From Myxococcota bacterium (GTDB lineage Bacteria; Myxococcota_A; Polyangia; Nannocystales; Nannocystaceae): DNA of 64,000 nt. The translations under genes and the position numbers were made by a program. Below the pieces are notes generated by a model that made no database searches, was not told the origin of the DNA, and saw nothing but the letters and a program-made list of their open reading frames with translations. Below, piece after piece: positions 19,326 through 28,785 of this stretch (position 1 is its first letter; each line of letters begins with the position of its first letter). Location: positions 32,001-96,000 of the forward strand of contig JBCCHT010000007.1 in NCBI GenBank assembly GCA_039028615.1, written 5' to 3'.

Positions 19326-20750
19326 ATGATGCGCTCGCGCTTCGATTCCCGTCTCGCGGTGGCCCTCGGCGGCCTGACCTGCTCGCTCGTTGCCTTCGCC
19401 TGCGGCGACGACGGTGGCGGCGGCAACGACTCCGTCGCCAGCACGGGCGTCGCCACCAGCACCACCGGTGACGACACGGCCACCCCGGGAACGGACGCCC
19501 CCACGCCGATGACCGGCGACGAGCTCGGCTGCCCCGAAGGCACGCTCGACTGCCCCTGCACCGACGGCAACGCCTGCGACCCCGGCCTGGTCTGCGACGG
19601 CAGCACCTGCGTGCCCGAACCAGGCGACGACACCACGTCCACCACCGGGGACACCGAGGGCACCGACGACGAGACGGGGGACCTGCCCGCCGCCTGCGGC
19701 AACGGAATCGCCGAGCCCGGCGAGCTGTGCTACGGCGACGTGTCGTTCTTCGGTGGGCCCACGCAGGCCATGTTCGCGACCTTTGCCGATCTCGATGGAG
19801 ACGAGCACCTCGATCTGCTGATCGCCGCGACCCAGGACGATGAGCTCCTCGTGCGACTCGGCGACGGCACGGGCGACCTCGGCCCCGCCAGCAGCTTCCC
19901 GGCCGGCCAGAGCCCCATCGCGCTGGGCGTCGGCTTGTTCGACGACAACGAGGTCCTCGACGTGGTCGTGGCGCAAAACCAGGGCAACGCGATCGCGGTG
20001 CTCATCGGTGACGGCGCGGGCTCCCTCGCGCCGCCGCTCGAGTTCACCGTGGGCACCGGGCCCACCGCGCTGACGGTCACCGACTTCAACGACGACGACT
20101 CGCCCGACGTCCTCGTGACCAGCGGCGGCAACAACACCGTCACCTACCTCGAGGGCACCGGCTTCGGGTTCGCGCCCGGCATCCCCTTCGGCGTGGGAAG
20201 CAACCCCAGCGACCTGTTCGTCGGGCGACTCACCGACGACGCCAACCTCGACGTGGTCGTCACCAACCGCAACTCGAACACCATCGGCCTGCTGCTCGGC
20301 ACCGGGCTCGCCCAGCTCGGGTCGCAGACCACCATCAACACCGGGGTCACGCCGTCCTCGCTCGAAGTCGCCGACTTCAATGGCGACGACAACCTCGACA
20401 TCGTCACCGCCAACCTGGCCACCGACGATCTCCGGCTGCGCTACGGCGACGGCACGGGTGGTTTCGGCGGCGACATCCCGTTCCCCGTGGCGGCCGATCC
20501 GCACGCCCTGCACGCGGCCGACTTCGACGGTGACGGCAACACCGACCTGGCCATGGCCAACGCGGGCGCCGATCGGGTGACGGTGATGCTGGGGACCGGG
20601 GACGGTTTGTTCGAACCCGCTCAGGAATTCCCGGTCGGCGATCTGCCTCAGGCCATCGCCGTCGGTGACCTCAACGAGGACGGAATCCTCGACATCGTGG
20701 CGGTCGACGGCGCGGACTCGACGCTCGCGGTGCTGCTCTCGGATGCCTAG
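19326..20750 (+). CDS. FG-GAP/VCBS repeat lipoprotein, paralogue of 4835..6235
   Basis: GAGGAGG RBS; VAFAC lipobox; CDPGLVCD module; DFNGDDNLD repeats; ends ...LLSDA like the paralogue's ...ILTDA. Confidence 0.9.
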   Translation: MMRSRFDSRLAVALGGLTCSLVAFACGDDGGGGNDSVASTGVATSTTGDDTATPGTDAPTPMTGDELGCPEGTLDCPCTDGNACDPGLVCDGSTCVPEPGDDTTSTTGDTEGTDDETGDLPAACGNGIAEPGELCYGDVSFFGGPTQAMFATFADLDGDEHLDLLIAATQDDELLVRLGDGTGDLGPASSFPAGQSPIALGVGLFDDNEVLDVVVAQNQGNAIAVLIGDGAGSLAPPLEFTVGTGPTALTVTDFNDDDSPDVLVTSGGNNTVTYLEGTGFGFAPGIPFGVGSNPSDLFVGRLTDDANLDVVVTNRNSNTIGLLLGTGLAQLGSQTTINTGVTPSSLEVADFNGDDNLDIVTANLATDDLRLRYGDGTGGFGGDIPFPVAADPHALHAADFDGDGNTDLAMANAGADRVTVMLGTGDGLFEPAQEFPVGDLPQAIAVGDLNEDGILDIVAVDGADSTLAVLLSDA

Positions 20751-20860
20751 AACGGCGTTTATTCGCCGTTTCAAACGACTATCGACGGAAACGACGGCGG
20801 GTGTAAGGACCGCGGGGGTCGGCGACGTTCGGAGGATGCTCGCACGGGAGACCCACCGCC

Positions 20861-21874
20861 ATGCACCTGCCCTCGCTGTTTCGTTTCCTCGCCCTGCTGC
20901 TGTTGTTGATGCCGCTGGCCTCGCTCGGCTGCAAGGCCAAGAGCAGCCCGACCTCCCCGCCCGGTTACGGCTATGAGACGGAGCGCTCGGTCGACACGGT
21001 CAGCTCCGATCGCCTCGCCACCCGCGGTGATAGCCGCGACTCGCACGACTACGAGTACGACTACGGCGATGCCGCAGGAGCCTATCCCGCCGAGGCGCCC
21101 GAGACCGAGTCGACCGCGGCCTACGACTACGACGACGGCCCCGCCCTCTCCAGCGAGAGCACCCGGACCCGCGCCCGCAAGCGGACGTCCAACCGACAGA
21201 CCCGGACCGCGCGTCGCCATCGCCCCGGCCTGGGCACGAGCTACGGCGAGCGTCACCACAGCCGAGTGACCACCGCCCCCTTCGTGCGCGGCTCGACGTC
21301 CCCCGACGTCACCTTGGCGCTCTGGTACAACAACGCCGACGGCATCGCCCAGGCGCAGGGCAACCACGGCTACCACCTCGATCAGCTCTCGCGCAGCTCG
21401 ACCACCGACGGGGTCTTCGTCGCCTCGGTGGTCGACGAGTACGGCTACTCGATGTCCGCCGCGCAGGTCGGCGGCCAGCGCTACGTGCTCGGCGAGGAAG
21501 GCCAGCGCTACAAGCTTCAGATCACCAACAACAGCGGCTACCGCTACGAGGTGGTCGCCTCGGTCGACGGGCTCGACGTCATCGACGGACAGACGGCCAG
21601 CTTCAACAAGCGCGGCTACATCATCGAGCCCTGGGGCACGATCACCATCGACGGCTGGCGCACCAGCGACAGCAGCATCGCCGCGTTCCGCTTCAGCGGC
21701 ATGGAGGACAGCTACGCCGAGCGCAAGGGTCAGGGCCGCAACATCGGCGTGGTCGGCTTCGCCTTCTTCCACGAGCGAGGAGGGGTTCCCTGGCAGGAGC
21801 TCCAGCGCCGCCACGACGCCGACCCCTTCCCCGGTCGCTACGCCGAGCCCCCGCCCCGCCGTCGCTGGCGATAG
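20861..21874 (+). CDS. Conserved hypothetical lipoprotein
   Basis: Lipobox SLGC; C-terminal domain with VASVDGLDVIDG...RGYII...IDGWR...FRF...NIGVVGFAFF. Confidence 0.8.
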   Translation: MHLPSLFRFLALLLLLMPLASLGCKAKSSPTSPPGYGYETERSVDTVSSDRLATRGDSRDSHDYEYDYGDAAGAYPAEAPETESTAAYDYDDGPALSSESTRTRARKRTSNRQTRTARRHRPGLGTSYGERHHSRVTTAPFVRGSTSPDVTLALWYNNADGIAQAQGNHGYHLDQLSRSSTTDGVFVASVVDEYGYSMSAAQVGGQRYVLGEEGQRYKLQITNNSGYRYEVVASVDGLDVIDGQTASFNKRGYIIEPWGTITIDGWRTSDSSIAAFRFSGMEDSYAERKGQGRNIGVVGFAFFHERGGVPWQELQRRHDADPFPGRYAEPPPRRRWR

Positions 21875-21908
21875 GCCCGGCCAAAGCGGCCTCCCGCCGA
21901 GCTATTTT

Positions 21909-21940
21909 CGAGCGCGCCACTCCTCCGGGTGGCGCGCTCG
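21909..21940. other. Perfect 12-bp intergenic hairpin
   Basis: CGAGCGCGCCAC-N8-GTGGCGCGCTCG between the lipoprotein gene and apaG; no clear U-tract. Confidence 0.5.
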
Positions 21941-21962
21941 TCATTGGGGTACCCTCCAGCCC

Positions 21963-22352
21963 GTGCCGAAGTCCGAGGCAAGCACCCGTGGTGTCCGCGT
22001 CGAGGTTCAGTCCCGCTACGTACCCGAGCGCTCGAATCCCGAGAAGAACGCTTGGTTCTTCGCCTACACGGTGCGGGTCACCAACGACGGGGACGTCACC
22101 GTCCAGCTCCTGAGCCGTCACTGGATCATCACCAACGCCGACGGCAACGTCGAAGAGGTGCGCGGCCCGGGGGTCATCGGGGCGCAGCCCGTGCTCGAGC
22201 CGGGCGAGTCCTTCGAGTACACCTCGGCCTGTCCGCTGCCGACCGCGTTCGGCACGATGCACGGCACCTATCAGATGCGCACCGAGTCCGACGATCGCTT
22301 CGATGCCGAGATCGCGCCCTTCGGTCTCAGCATGCCGTACGCGGTAAACTGA
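21963..22352 (+). CDS. apaG: ApaG/CorD protein
   Basis: FFAYTVRVTN, QLLSRHWIIT, EVRGPGVIG, QPVLEPGESFEYTS, GTMHGTY. Confidence 0.97.
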   Translation: MPKSEASTRGVRVEVQSRYVPERSNPEKNAWFFAYTVRVTNDGDVTVQLLSRHWIITNADGNVEEVRGPGVIGAQPVLEPGESFEYTSACPLPTAFGTMHGTYQMRTESDDRFDAEIAPFGLSMPYAVN

Positions 22353-22600
22353 GCCGCGCCTCCCGAAGCCTCGGGGCGGGGAAAAGCGTTTCGCGCACGC
22401 TACGGCTGCCGCGGGAAGAGCAAACGCGGTGGTGGTCGCGTGAGGAGGAGCCGAGCGGCTTTCACGTGCGCGACCCCAACCGTGGCAGGACGCTTCGAGC
22501 CGAGTCAAAAAAACGGCGTCCTCTCGCGACACCGTGCGAGGCCGGGAGCGATACCGAGCGAAGTCGTCCCGACCCGGTCCGCATCGCGGGGCGGGCCAGG

Positions 22601-24331
22601 CTAGCTGTCGTCGGAGGCCGACCCGTCGCCGGGTTCGTTGGCGGCGACCGCTTCGTTGGCCGCCGTCGCTTCGTTGGCCGCCGTCGCCTCGTTGGCCGCC
22701 GTCGCCTCGTCGCCGACCGGAGCCTGCGTCACGGCTTCCGTCTCGGTGGATCCAGCGTCACTGGCCGCCACGGGCTCCGAAGACTCGGCCGAGTTCGCGT
22801 CCCCGTCGCTCGGAGCCTGTGTCGCCGCGTCTGCGGTGGCTTCGGTCGAGTTCGCGTCCCCTTCGCTCGGAGCCTGCGTCACCGCGTCCGCGGTGGCTTC
22901 CGTCGCGCTCGCGTCCCCTTCGCTCGGAGCCTGCTTCGCCGCGTCCCCGTCCGCGGCCTTCGTCTCGGCGCGGGGCGGGGCTCCTCGTTCGCCGCGGCAA
23001 CGATCACACATGCGATCGACGGGCAGCGGGTCTCGAGTCGACGCCGCGACCTTGGTCACCCCGTCGCGATAAAACCACACGCCGTCACACAGCGGCACGA
23101 CACACGGCATGACCTCGGTGCCGTCGGGCGCGACCTGCTGCCCGTCGAGCATCCCGCCCTTGCCACACTCTTCGCACAGCCGGATCGGATCTTGGCGGCG
23201 TCCGGCCAAGAAATCCTGGAGCTGGGCGCCGGTCTTGTAGATCCAGCCCTGCTTACAGCCGGGACGACCGCAGGCGACATCCCGATCGGGATGACTGCGG
23301 CAGAAGTCCCGACACACCTCGCACATGCGACGAGGCAGCGAGCCCTCGGCGGCCATGTCGTCGGTCTTCAGGCGTGCCCAGGCGCGCAGCTGCGAGTCAC
23401 GGTCGACGACCGCATTGCGGCTGCACCCGTGCACCTTGCACGGCACTTCTCGCGGCTGCAGCTTGGAGAGCTTGTCGTGGCACCGATCGCACATCCGCGG
23501 CGGGGGCTCGTTGATGTCCGGCCGAGACCGCCGACCCCGACGACGTCGACGCTTGCCGCCCGACTTGTCGTCGCGGCCCCCTCGATCGCCCTCTTCGATG
23601 GCTTTGCGAGCCCACGCGCGATGCTTGAGCTGGGCCTCCTGCGTCCACGACCAGGTCCGGGCACAGCCCTCGACCCGGCACGCCACGTCACGGTTGGCCA
23701 GCTGCCGCTCCTCGGAGATGCACTGGGGGCAGACCTTGCGCGGCGGCTGGGCCGAGCCGGTGCGCAGCATCGCCTTGTTCTGTGCATTCTTCGACCAGGT
23801 CCAGGTCCGCTCGCACCCTGGGTTGGCACAGGCCACTTCGCGATCCCCCAGGTTTGCCGATGCGGCCTGGTGCTCGTTGCACATGCGGCGCGGCGGCGGC
23901 TTGCCGAAGGCCTGCATCTGTTCCTGCGCCGTCCAGGCCCAGGTGTTGGGGCAGCCGTCGATCTTGCAGGGGACCTGGCGCTCGTCGATGTGGCTGAACA
24001 GCCCGGTGGCCAGGGTCTGCCAGGCGGCATCGCCCGAACCCGAGCCGGAGCTGCGGCCTCCGCCGGACCCCCGGTTTTGGCCCTGGCCTTGGCCCTGGCC
24101 TTGGCCCTGGCGCGGCCCATTGCCGCCGGAATTGGGGGCTGCAGTGGCCGTCGCCCCCTCCCCTTGCTTCTTGCGGCCCCGTCGACGACGCCTTCGTTTG
24201 CGCGGCGCACCGGGTTGTTCGGAGCCCTGGGCCTGGCTCGCAGTGTCCGTCGTTGCGGTGCTCTCGCCCGCGGCGCCGTCCTTCGGAGGCTCCGTCTCGG
24301 GCTGCTGCTCGTTGTTCGGCTCGCCGTCCAC
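22601..24331 (-). CDS. Protein with six tandem zinc-ribbon (zf-trcl-like) repeats and Arg-rich segments
   Basis: Six Cx4C...Cx2C/H units; GTG start at 24331 inferred. Confidence 0.8.
   Translation of the reverse strand: MDGEPNNEQQPETEPPKDGAAGESTATTDTASQAQGSEQPGAPRKRRRRRRGRKKQGEGATATAAPNSGGNGPRQGQGQGQGQGQNRGSGGGRSSGSGSGDAAWQTLATGLFSHIDERQVPCKIDGCPNTWAWTAQEQMQAFGKPPPRRMCNEHQAASANLGDREVACANPGCERTWTWSKNAQNKAMLRTGSAQPPRKVCPQCISEERQLANRDVACRVEGCARTWSWTQEAQLKHRAWARKAIEEGDRGGRDDKSGGKRRRRRGRRSRPDINEPPPRMCDRCHDKLSKLQPREVPCKVHGCSRNAVVDRDSQLRAWARLKTDDMAAEGSLPRRMCEVCRDFCRSHPDRDVACGRPGCKQGWIYKTGAQLQDFLAGRRQDPIRLCEECGKGGMLDGQQVAPDGTEVMPCVVPLCDGVWFYRDGVTKVAASTRDPLPVDRMCDRCRGERGAPPRAETKAADGDAAKQAPSEGDASATEATADAVTQAPSEGDANSTEATADAATQAPSDGDANSAESSEPVAASDAGSTETEAVTQAPVGDEATAANEATAANEATAANEAVAANEPGDGSASDDS
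22645..22945 (-). repeat. Intragenic tandem repeats, 18 bp x ~4 and 57 bp x ~3
   Basis: They encode (EATAAN)n and QAPSEGDA(S/N)xxEATADAxT units in the acidic tail. Confidence 0.8.
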
Positions 24332-24547
24332 GCGTTGATCTTCCGGGCAATTCGGCCGCGACGAAGCGCGGGCCGGCTCACCGGCGGGGAAGTATCCCCC
24401 TGGGTTTTGGCGGCGTAAAGGGGCGCCCGGCGGCCCTTTCACGCCGACCTGCCCGATCGACCGGCTAGGTTTCACCCTTTTCGCCGCTCGACGTACAAAA
24501 ACGTCACGAGCGCCGCGAACCGCGACGCCCTATACTCGGCTTCGTCC

Positions 24548-24802
24548 ATGTTCAGCATCCTCGTCGGAGCCGCCGTTGCTGGCGGCACTTACCTCTACGC
24601 CAAGAAGAAGAAGGCCAGCACTGGCCAATCGGTGGCCGTCGCCACGGCTTCGGGCGTAGCGTCGGGCGCAGCCACCGCGGCGACGTTGTTCGTCATGTCC
24701 GCCCTGTGGCCCCTCGTCCTCATCGGGGGCGTGGCCGGCGGCGCGTACTACATGGGCAAGAAGAAGTCTCCCAAGGCCCTGCCCCCCTCATCGAGCGGCT
24801 GA
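24548..24802 (+). CDS. Small membrane protein
   Basis: 84 aa; two similar segments, VAGGTYLYAKKKK and VAGGAYYMGKKKS. Confidence 0.7.
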   Translation: MFSILVGAAVAGGTYLYAKKKKASTGQSVAVATASGVASGAATAATLFVMSALWPLVLIGGVAGGAYYMGKKKSPKALPPSSSG

Positions 24803-24913
24803 GCCCTTCACCGAGTTTCTTTCGCATCTCGTGTCCATGCCGTGCGAGCCGTGCTCGCCCCGCACCGGACACGCTCTTTCTTTGGTTCTCGCGCGAACGC
24901 GTCGGCGCGCCGC

Positions 24914-25735
24914 TCAGGCGATCTGCGTGACGTAGTAGTAGACGACCGGCGTCACGTAGACCATGGCGTCGATGCGATCGAGCATTCCGCCGTGGCCCGG
25001 CAGGAGGTTGCTCGAGTCCTTGACCCCGTAGGTCCGCTTGAGCATCGACTCCACCAGGTCGCCCGCTTGCCCGCAGATGTTGCCCACGATGCCGAGCGCC
25101 AGCGCGTGCCCGATGCTCAGCTCGGGCACCAGCCACAGCCCAGCGAGCACGGTGGTGGCGAGCAACGAGCCGAGCACCCCGCCCACGGCCCCTTCGCGCG
25201 TCTTGCCGGGGCTCACCGCGGGGTAGAGCTTGTTCTTCCCGAACAGCCGCCCAAAGATGTACGCGACCGTGTCGGAGAAGAAGGCCATGGCCAGCGAGAC
25301 CACGATCCAGTGCTCGTGCCCGCCCTTCTTCAAGAGGGGCAGCGCCGACATCAGCAGCGGCACGTAGACCAGCGCCGAGATGCACACCGAAAAGTGGCGA
25401 CCGGCGACGGGCAGGTGCTTGGGCCGCCCGAGGGTGGCGAACCCGATGGCGATGGCCGAGCCCATGAGCAAGGGCGGCAAGGCGACGCCGGGGCTGAACA
25501 CCGTGGGCAGCACCACGATGGCCACCGCCAGCGCCCCCGTCACCACGCGCAGCAGCATGCCGTCGTCCTCCGACGACACCGGCAGGGCCATGCGCAGATA
25601 CTCGTCCTGACTCACCCAGGCGACCGCCGCCGCGGCGATGGTCACCGCCCACGGGGTGGGATCGAAGTAGATCGCAGCGAGGACGATCGGGACCAGGATC
25701 GCAGCCGTACCGAGCCGCTTGAGGAAATCACCCAC
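24914..25735 (-). CDS. cdsA: Phosphatidate cytidylyltransferase
   Basis: SDTVAY, VSPGKTREG, GDLVESMLKR...KDSSNLLPGHGGMLDRID. Confidence 0.97.
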   Translation of the reverse strand: MGDFLKRLGTAAILVPIVLAAIYFDPTPWAVTIAAAAVAWVSQDEYLRMALPVSSEDDGMLLRVVTGALAVAIVVLPTVFSPGVALPPLLMGSAIAIGFATLGRPKHLPVAGRHFSVCISALVYVPLLMSALPLLKKGGHEHWIVVSLAMAFFSDTVAYIFGRLFGKNKLYPAVSPGKTREGAVGGVLGSLLATTVLAGLWLVPELSIGHALALGIVGNICGQAGDLVESMLKRTYGVKDSSNLLPGHGGMLDRIDAMVYVTPVVYYYVTQIA

Positions 25736-26531
25736 CGGTGGAGGCCGCCGAGGTTCCCTCTTCGTCGCTCGCGAGGGCGCGGGCGGGCGGAGGCGTGATT
25801 TGTTCGGAGGTCAGGCCGAAGCGTCGCTCACGGCTCGAGAAGTCTCGCAGCGCCTGGTAGAGGTCGGCACGCCGGAACTCGGGCCACATCTTCTGGCTGA
25901 AGTGCAGCTCGGCGTAGGCGATCTCCCACAGGAAGAAGTTGGACACCCGGTGCTCGCCGCTGGTGCGAATCAGCAGATCCATGGGCGGCAGCAGGACCGA
26001 AGACTCCAGGTAGGAGCTGAACACCTCGGTGTTGATGGTGGCAGGGTCCAGGGTGCCAGCCACCGCAGCGCGGCACATGGTGGCCGCCGCCTTCGCGATC
26101 ATCTCGCGGCCGCCGTAGCTCAGCGCGAGGCACAACACCATGCCGTCGTTGTCGGCCGACGCGGTCATCAGCTCGAACAGCAGCTCGCGGACGTAGCTGG
26201 GGAGGCGCTCCGTCTCTCCCACCGTGGTCAGCCGAATCCCGTTCTCCAGGATCTCCTCGCGCTCCTCGATGAGGTAGCGGCGGAGCAGCTGCATGATGTG
26301 GAAGACCTCCTGGTCGGGGCGGTCCCAGTTCTGGCTCGAGAATGCGAACAAGGTCAGCGCCCGAATCCCGGTCTTGCGCGCTGCTCGCACCACGTCCCGA
26401 ACCGAGTCGGCTCCCTTGCCGTGGCCCTCCTCGCGTGGGAGCCCACGCGTCTGAGCCCAGCGGCCGTTCCCGTCCATGATGATGCCGACATGGCGGGGCA
26501 ACGGGCCCTCGATGAACTCGGGGTCAGACAT
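25728..26531 (-). CDS. uppS: Undecaprenyl/polyprenyl diphosphate synthase
   Basis: PRHVGIIMDGNGRWA, FSSQNWDR, SYGGR, DLLIRTSGEHRVSNFFLW; start MSDPEF. Confidence 0.97.
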   Translation of the reverse strand: MSDPEFIEGPLPRHVGIIMDGNGRWAQTRGLPREEGHGKGADSVRDVVRAARKTGIRALTLFAFSSQNWDRPDQEVFHIMQLLRRYLIEEREEILENGIRLTTVGETERLPSYVRELLFELMTASADNDGMVLCLALSYGGREMIAKAAATMCRAAVAGTLDPATINTEVFSSYLESSVLLPPMDLLIRTSGEHRVSNFFLWEIAYAELHFSQKMWPEFRRADLYQALRDFSSRERRFGLTSEQITPPPARALASDEEGTSAASTGG

Positions 26532-26832
26532 CCTAGTGCGGCGGGATACCACGGGGCTGCACCCCGGAAAAGCCCGAAGCGGCCGGGTAAAGACCCGCTG
26601 GCCAGCAGTCGCGCCCGGGTGGCCGTGATCGGGGCATGAGCGGCGGTCGGTGGTCCCCCGGCGCGTGAGCGCGAGGTCACGTGGCATAAATCCCCCCGGG
26701 CCTCGGTTCGATGGCCCACGGCCCCGGTCACAATCCGTTCCGTCGCTTGCCGCGCTTCTTTTCCGTGGCCTACTCTGCGGTTCCCGCGGCGGATGCTTCG
26801 TCTCGACGCCCACGACAGGGGAGAGCAGCACG

Positions 26833-27255
26833 ATGAGTAGTCTCGACGACCTCGACTCCCACTTGATCAAGACCGGCTTGGCCTACGATCAGATCGGCCA
26901 CAACACCTGGGTGATCCACCCCGAGACCGCGCACCCGGCTCACATCGCGGTAACCGCGGACGAGCCGATCGTTTTGTTCTCGCTGAAGGTGTTCGAACTC
27001 GGCGCCGAGCCCAACGATGAAGTCGGGCTGTACCGGTGCCTGCTCGAGCTCAATGCCGAGCTCCTGCACTCTTCGTACTCGCTACAGGGTGATAAGGTCA
27101 TGCTCTCCGGTGCGCAGCAGCTGGAGAATCTCGACTTCAACGAGTTTCAAGCCATGATCGACGACATCTGCATGGCCTTGGACAACCACTGGGACCGGCT
27201 GTCGACCTGGGGCCTGCGTCAGCAGGCTGCCACAGCGCAGGAAGGGGGCGCGTAG
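26833..27255 (+). CDS. YbjN/CesT (type III chaperone-like) protein
   Basis: 140 aa acidic protein with LYRCLLELNA...LENLDFNEF; ends 1 nt before pspA. Confidence 0.75.
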   Translation: MSSLDDLDSHLIKTGLAYDQIGHNTWVIHPETAHPAHIAVTADEPIVLFSLKVFELGAEPNDEVGLYRCLLELNAELLHSSYSLQGDKVMLSGAQQLENLDFNEFQAMIDDICMALDNHWDRLSTWGLRQQAATAQEGGA

Positions 27256-27256
27256 C

Positions 27257-28093
27257 ATGGGAATGTTTTCACGTCTGGGCACGCTCATCCGCTCGAACAT
27301 CAACGAGCTGATCAACAAGGCCGAAGACCCAGAGAAGATGCTCAACCAGGTCCTGGTTGACATGAAGTCTCAGCTGGTCGAGGCCAAAAAACAGGTCGCG
27401 GTCGCGATCGCGGATGAGAAGCGCCTCAAAAAGCAGTACCAGCAGGAGAGCGCCAAGGCGGCCGAGTGGGAGCGCAAGGCCATGCTGGCGATCAAGGCCG
27501 GCGACGACAACCTGGCCAAGGCTGCGCTGGCTCGCAAGACCGAGCACGACGAGGTCGCGCAGACCCTGCTCCAGCAGTGGGAAGCCCAAAAGGAGTCCGT
27601 CGAGCAGCTCAAGGGCGCCCTGCGGGGCCTCGACGGCAAGATCGAGGAAGCCAAGCGCAAGCGCAACATCCTGGTCTCGCGGCAGAAGCGGGCCGAGGCG
27701 CAGCGCACCATCAACGAGACGCTCTCCAACATCAACTCGACCTCCGCGTTCGACACCTTCGAGCGCATGTCCGACCGCGTCACCCAGATCGAGGCCGAGG
27801 CCGAGGCCACCGCGGAGATCGGCGGCGCCCTCGAAGAGGCCAGCCTCGAGTCGCAGTTCAAGGCCCTCGAGGCCAGCTCGGGTGTCGACGACGAGCTGTC
27901 CAAGCTGAAGCAAAAGATGGCCCTGGCTGCCGCCGAAGAGGAGCGCAAGGCCCTCGGCGGCAAGGTCCCGGACCCCGAGCCCTCGGCCAGCGCCCCGCCC
28001 CCGCCCAGCGACGAAGAGGTCGACGGCGCGGCCAAGGAAGCCGAGATCGACGCTCAGCTCGAAGAGCTCAAGAAGAAGCTCGCCGACGTCTAG
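27257..28093 (+). CDS. pspA: PspA/IM30 family protein
   Basis: MGMFSRL...INKAEDPEKML, WERKAMLA, DDNLAKAAL, FERM; coiled coil with a C-terminal extension. Confidence 0.95.
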   Translation: MGMFSRLGTLIRSNINELINKAEDPEKMLNQVLVDMKSQLVEAKKQVAVAIADEKRLKKQYQQESAKAAEWERKAMLAIKAGDDNLAKAALARKTEHDEVAQTLLQQWEAQKESVEQLKGALRGLDGKIEEAKRKRNILVSRQKRAEAQRTINETLSNINSTSAFDTFERMSDRVTQIEAEAEATAEIGGALEEASLESQFKALEASSGVDDELSKLKQKMALAAAEEERKALGGKVPDPEPSASAPPPPSDEEVDGAAKEAEIDAQLEELKKKLADV

Positions 28094-28117
28094 TCCGAGC
28101 CCCGGCTTCACGCGAAC

Positions 28118-28150
28118 GGGCGATCACCTCCGGGTGGTCGCCCTTCGTTC
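28118..28150 (+). terminator. Probable intrinsic terminator after pspA
   Basis: GGGCGATCACC-TCCG-GGTGGTCGCCC followed by TTCGTTC. Confidence 0.55.
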
Positions 28151-28207
28151 GTCTGGGCTCGCGCACTTTGGAGGAAACGTCGGCGCCGCTCGGGGTTGAA
28201 GCCGAGC

Positions 28208-28741
28208 ATGTGGCGCCCACTGGTCCTCGCCTCGCTTCCCTGGGTCCTCGCTGCCTGCCCGCAGAGCGACGTCGGCGGCCCCTGCAACCACGGAGCGGCC
28301 CTCGTGCCCCAGGGGCAGACGATCACGTTTCCCGCGCTGGCGTGCGACCACCTGCTGTGTGTCTATGCCGAAGACGCCGAGCCTTCGCCAGAGCCCTGTG
28401 AGACCAACGCGGACTGTCATCCGGCCGGGGTCGAGGACAAGTTCGTGTGCGTCGGGGGGACGTGCGAGCTCGATGCGAGCTACGTGATGAGCCGCTCCAT
28501 GTGCTCGCAGAGCTGTGAGGTCGATGCCGACTGCGACGACGGAGATCCCGACACGACCTGCACGCGCGGGTTCGCATGCGCGCGGATCCAAGCGCTCGGG
28601 GACCACTGCTGCGAGAAGCTCTGCGTGTGCCGTGACGATCTCGACGTAGCGGCGGCGGCTCAGCTCGAAACCGAGTGTAGCGCCGACGCGGCGATCGGGT
28701 GCTGTGACCGGGATCCGCATCCGGCGGCCTGTGGAAGTTGA
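28208..28741 (+). CDS. Cys-rich lipoprotein resembling CglC-type myxobacterial gliding lipoproteins
   Basis: Lipobox LAAC; DVGGPC...C..LLCV...MCSQSC...DC...GFAC...CCEKLCVC. The family resemblance is from memory only. Confidence 0.65.
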   Translation: MWRPLVLASLPWVLAACPQSDVGGPCNHGAALVPQGQTITFPALACDHLLCVYAEDAEPSPEPCETNADCHPAGVEDKFVCVGGTCELDASYVMSRSMCSQSCEVDADCDDGDPDTTCTRGFACARIQALGDHCCEKLCVCRDDLDVAAAAQLETECSADAAIGCCDRDPHPAACGS

Positions 28742-28785
28742 AGACTGAAGCTTCGACTTGGGGCGCGGCGGGGGCTCGAGTCGTT

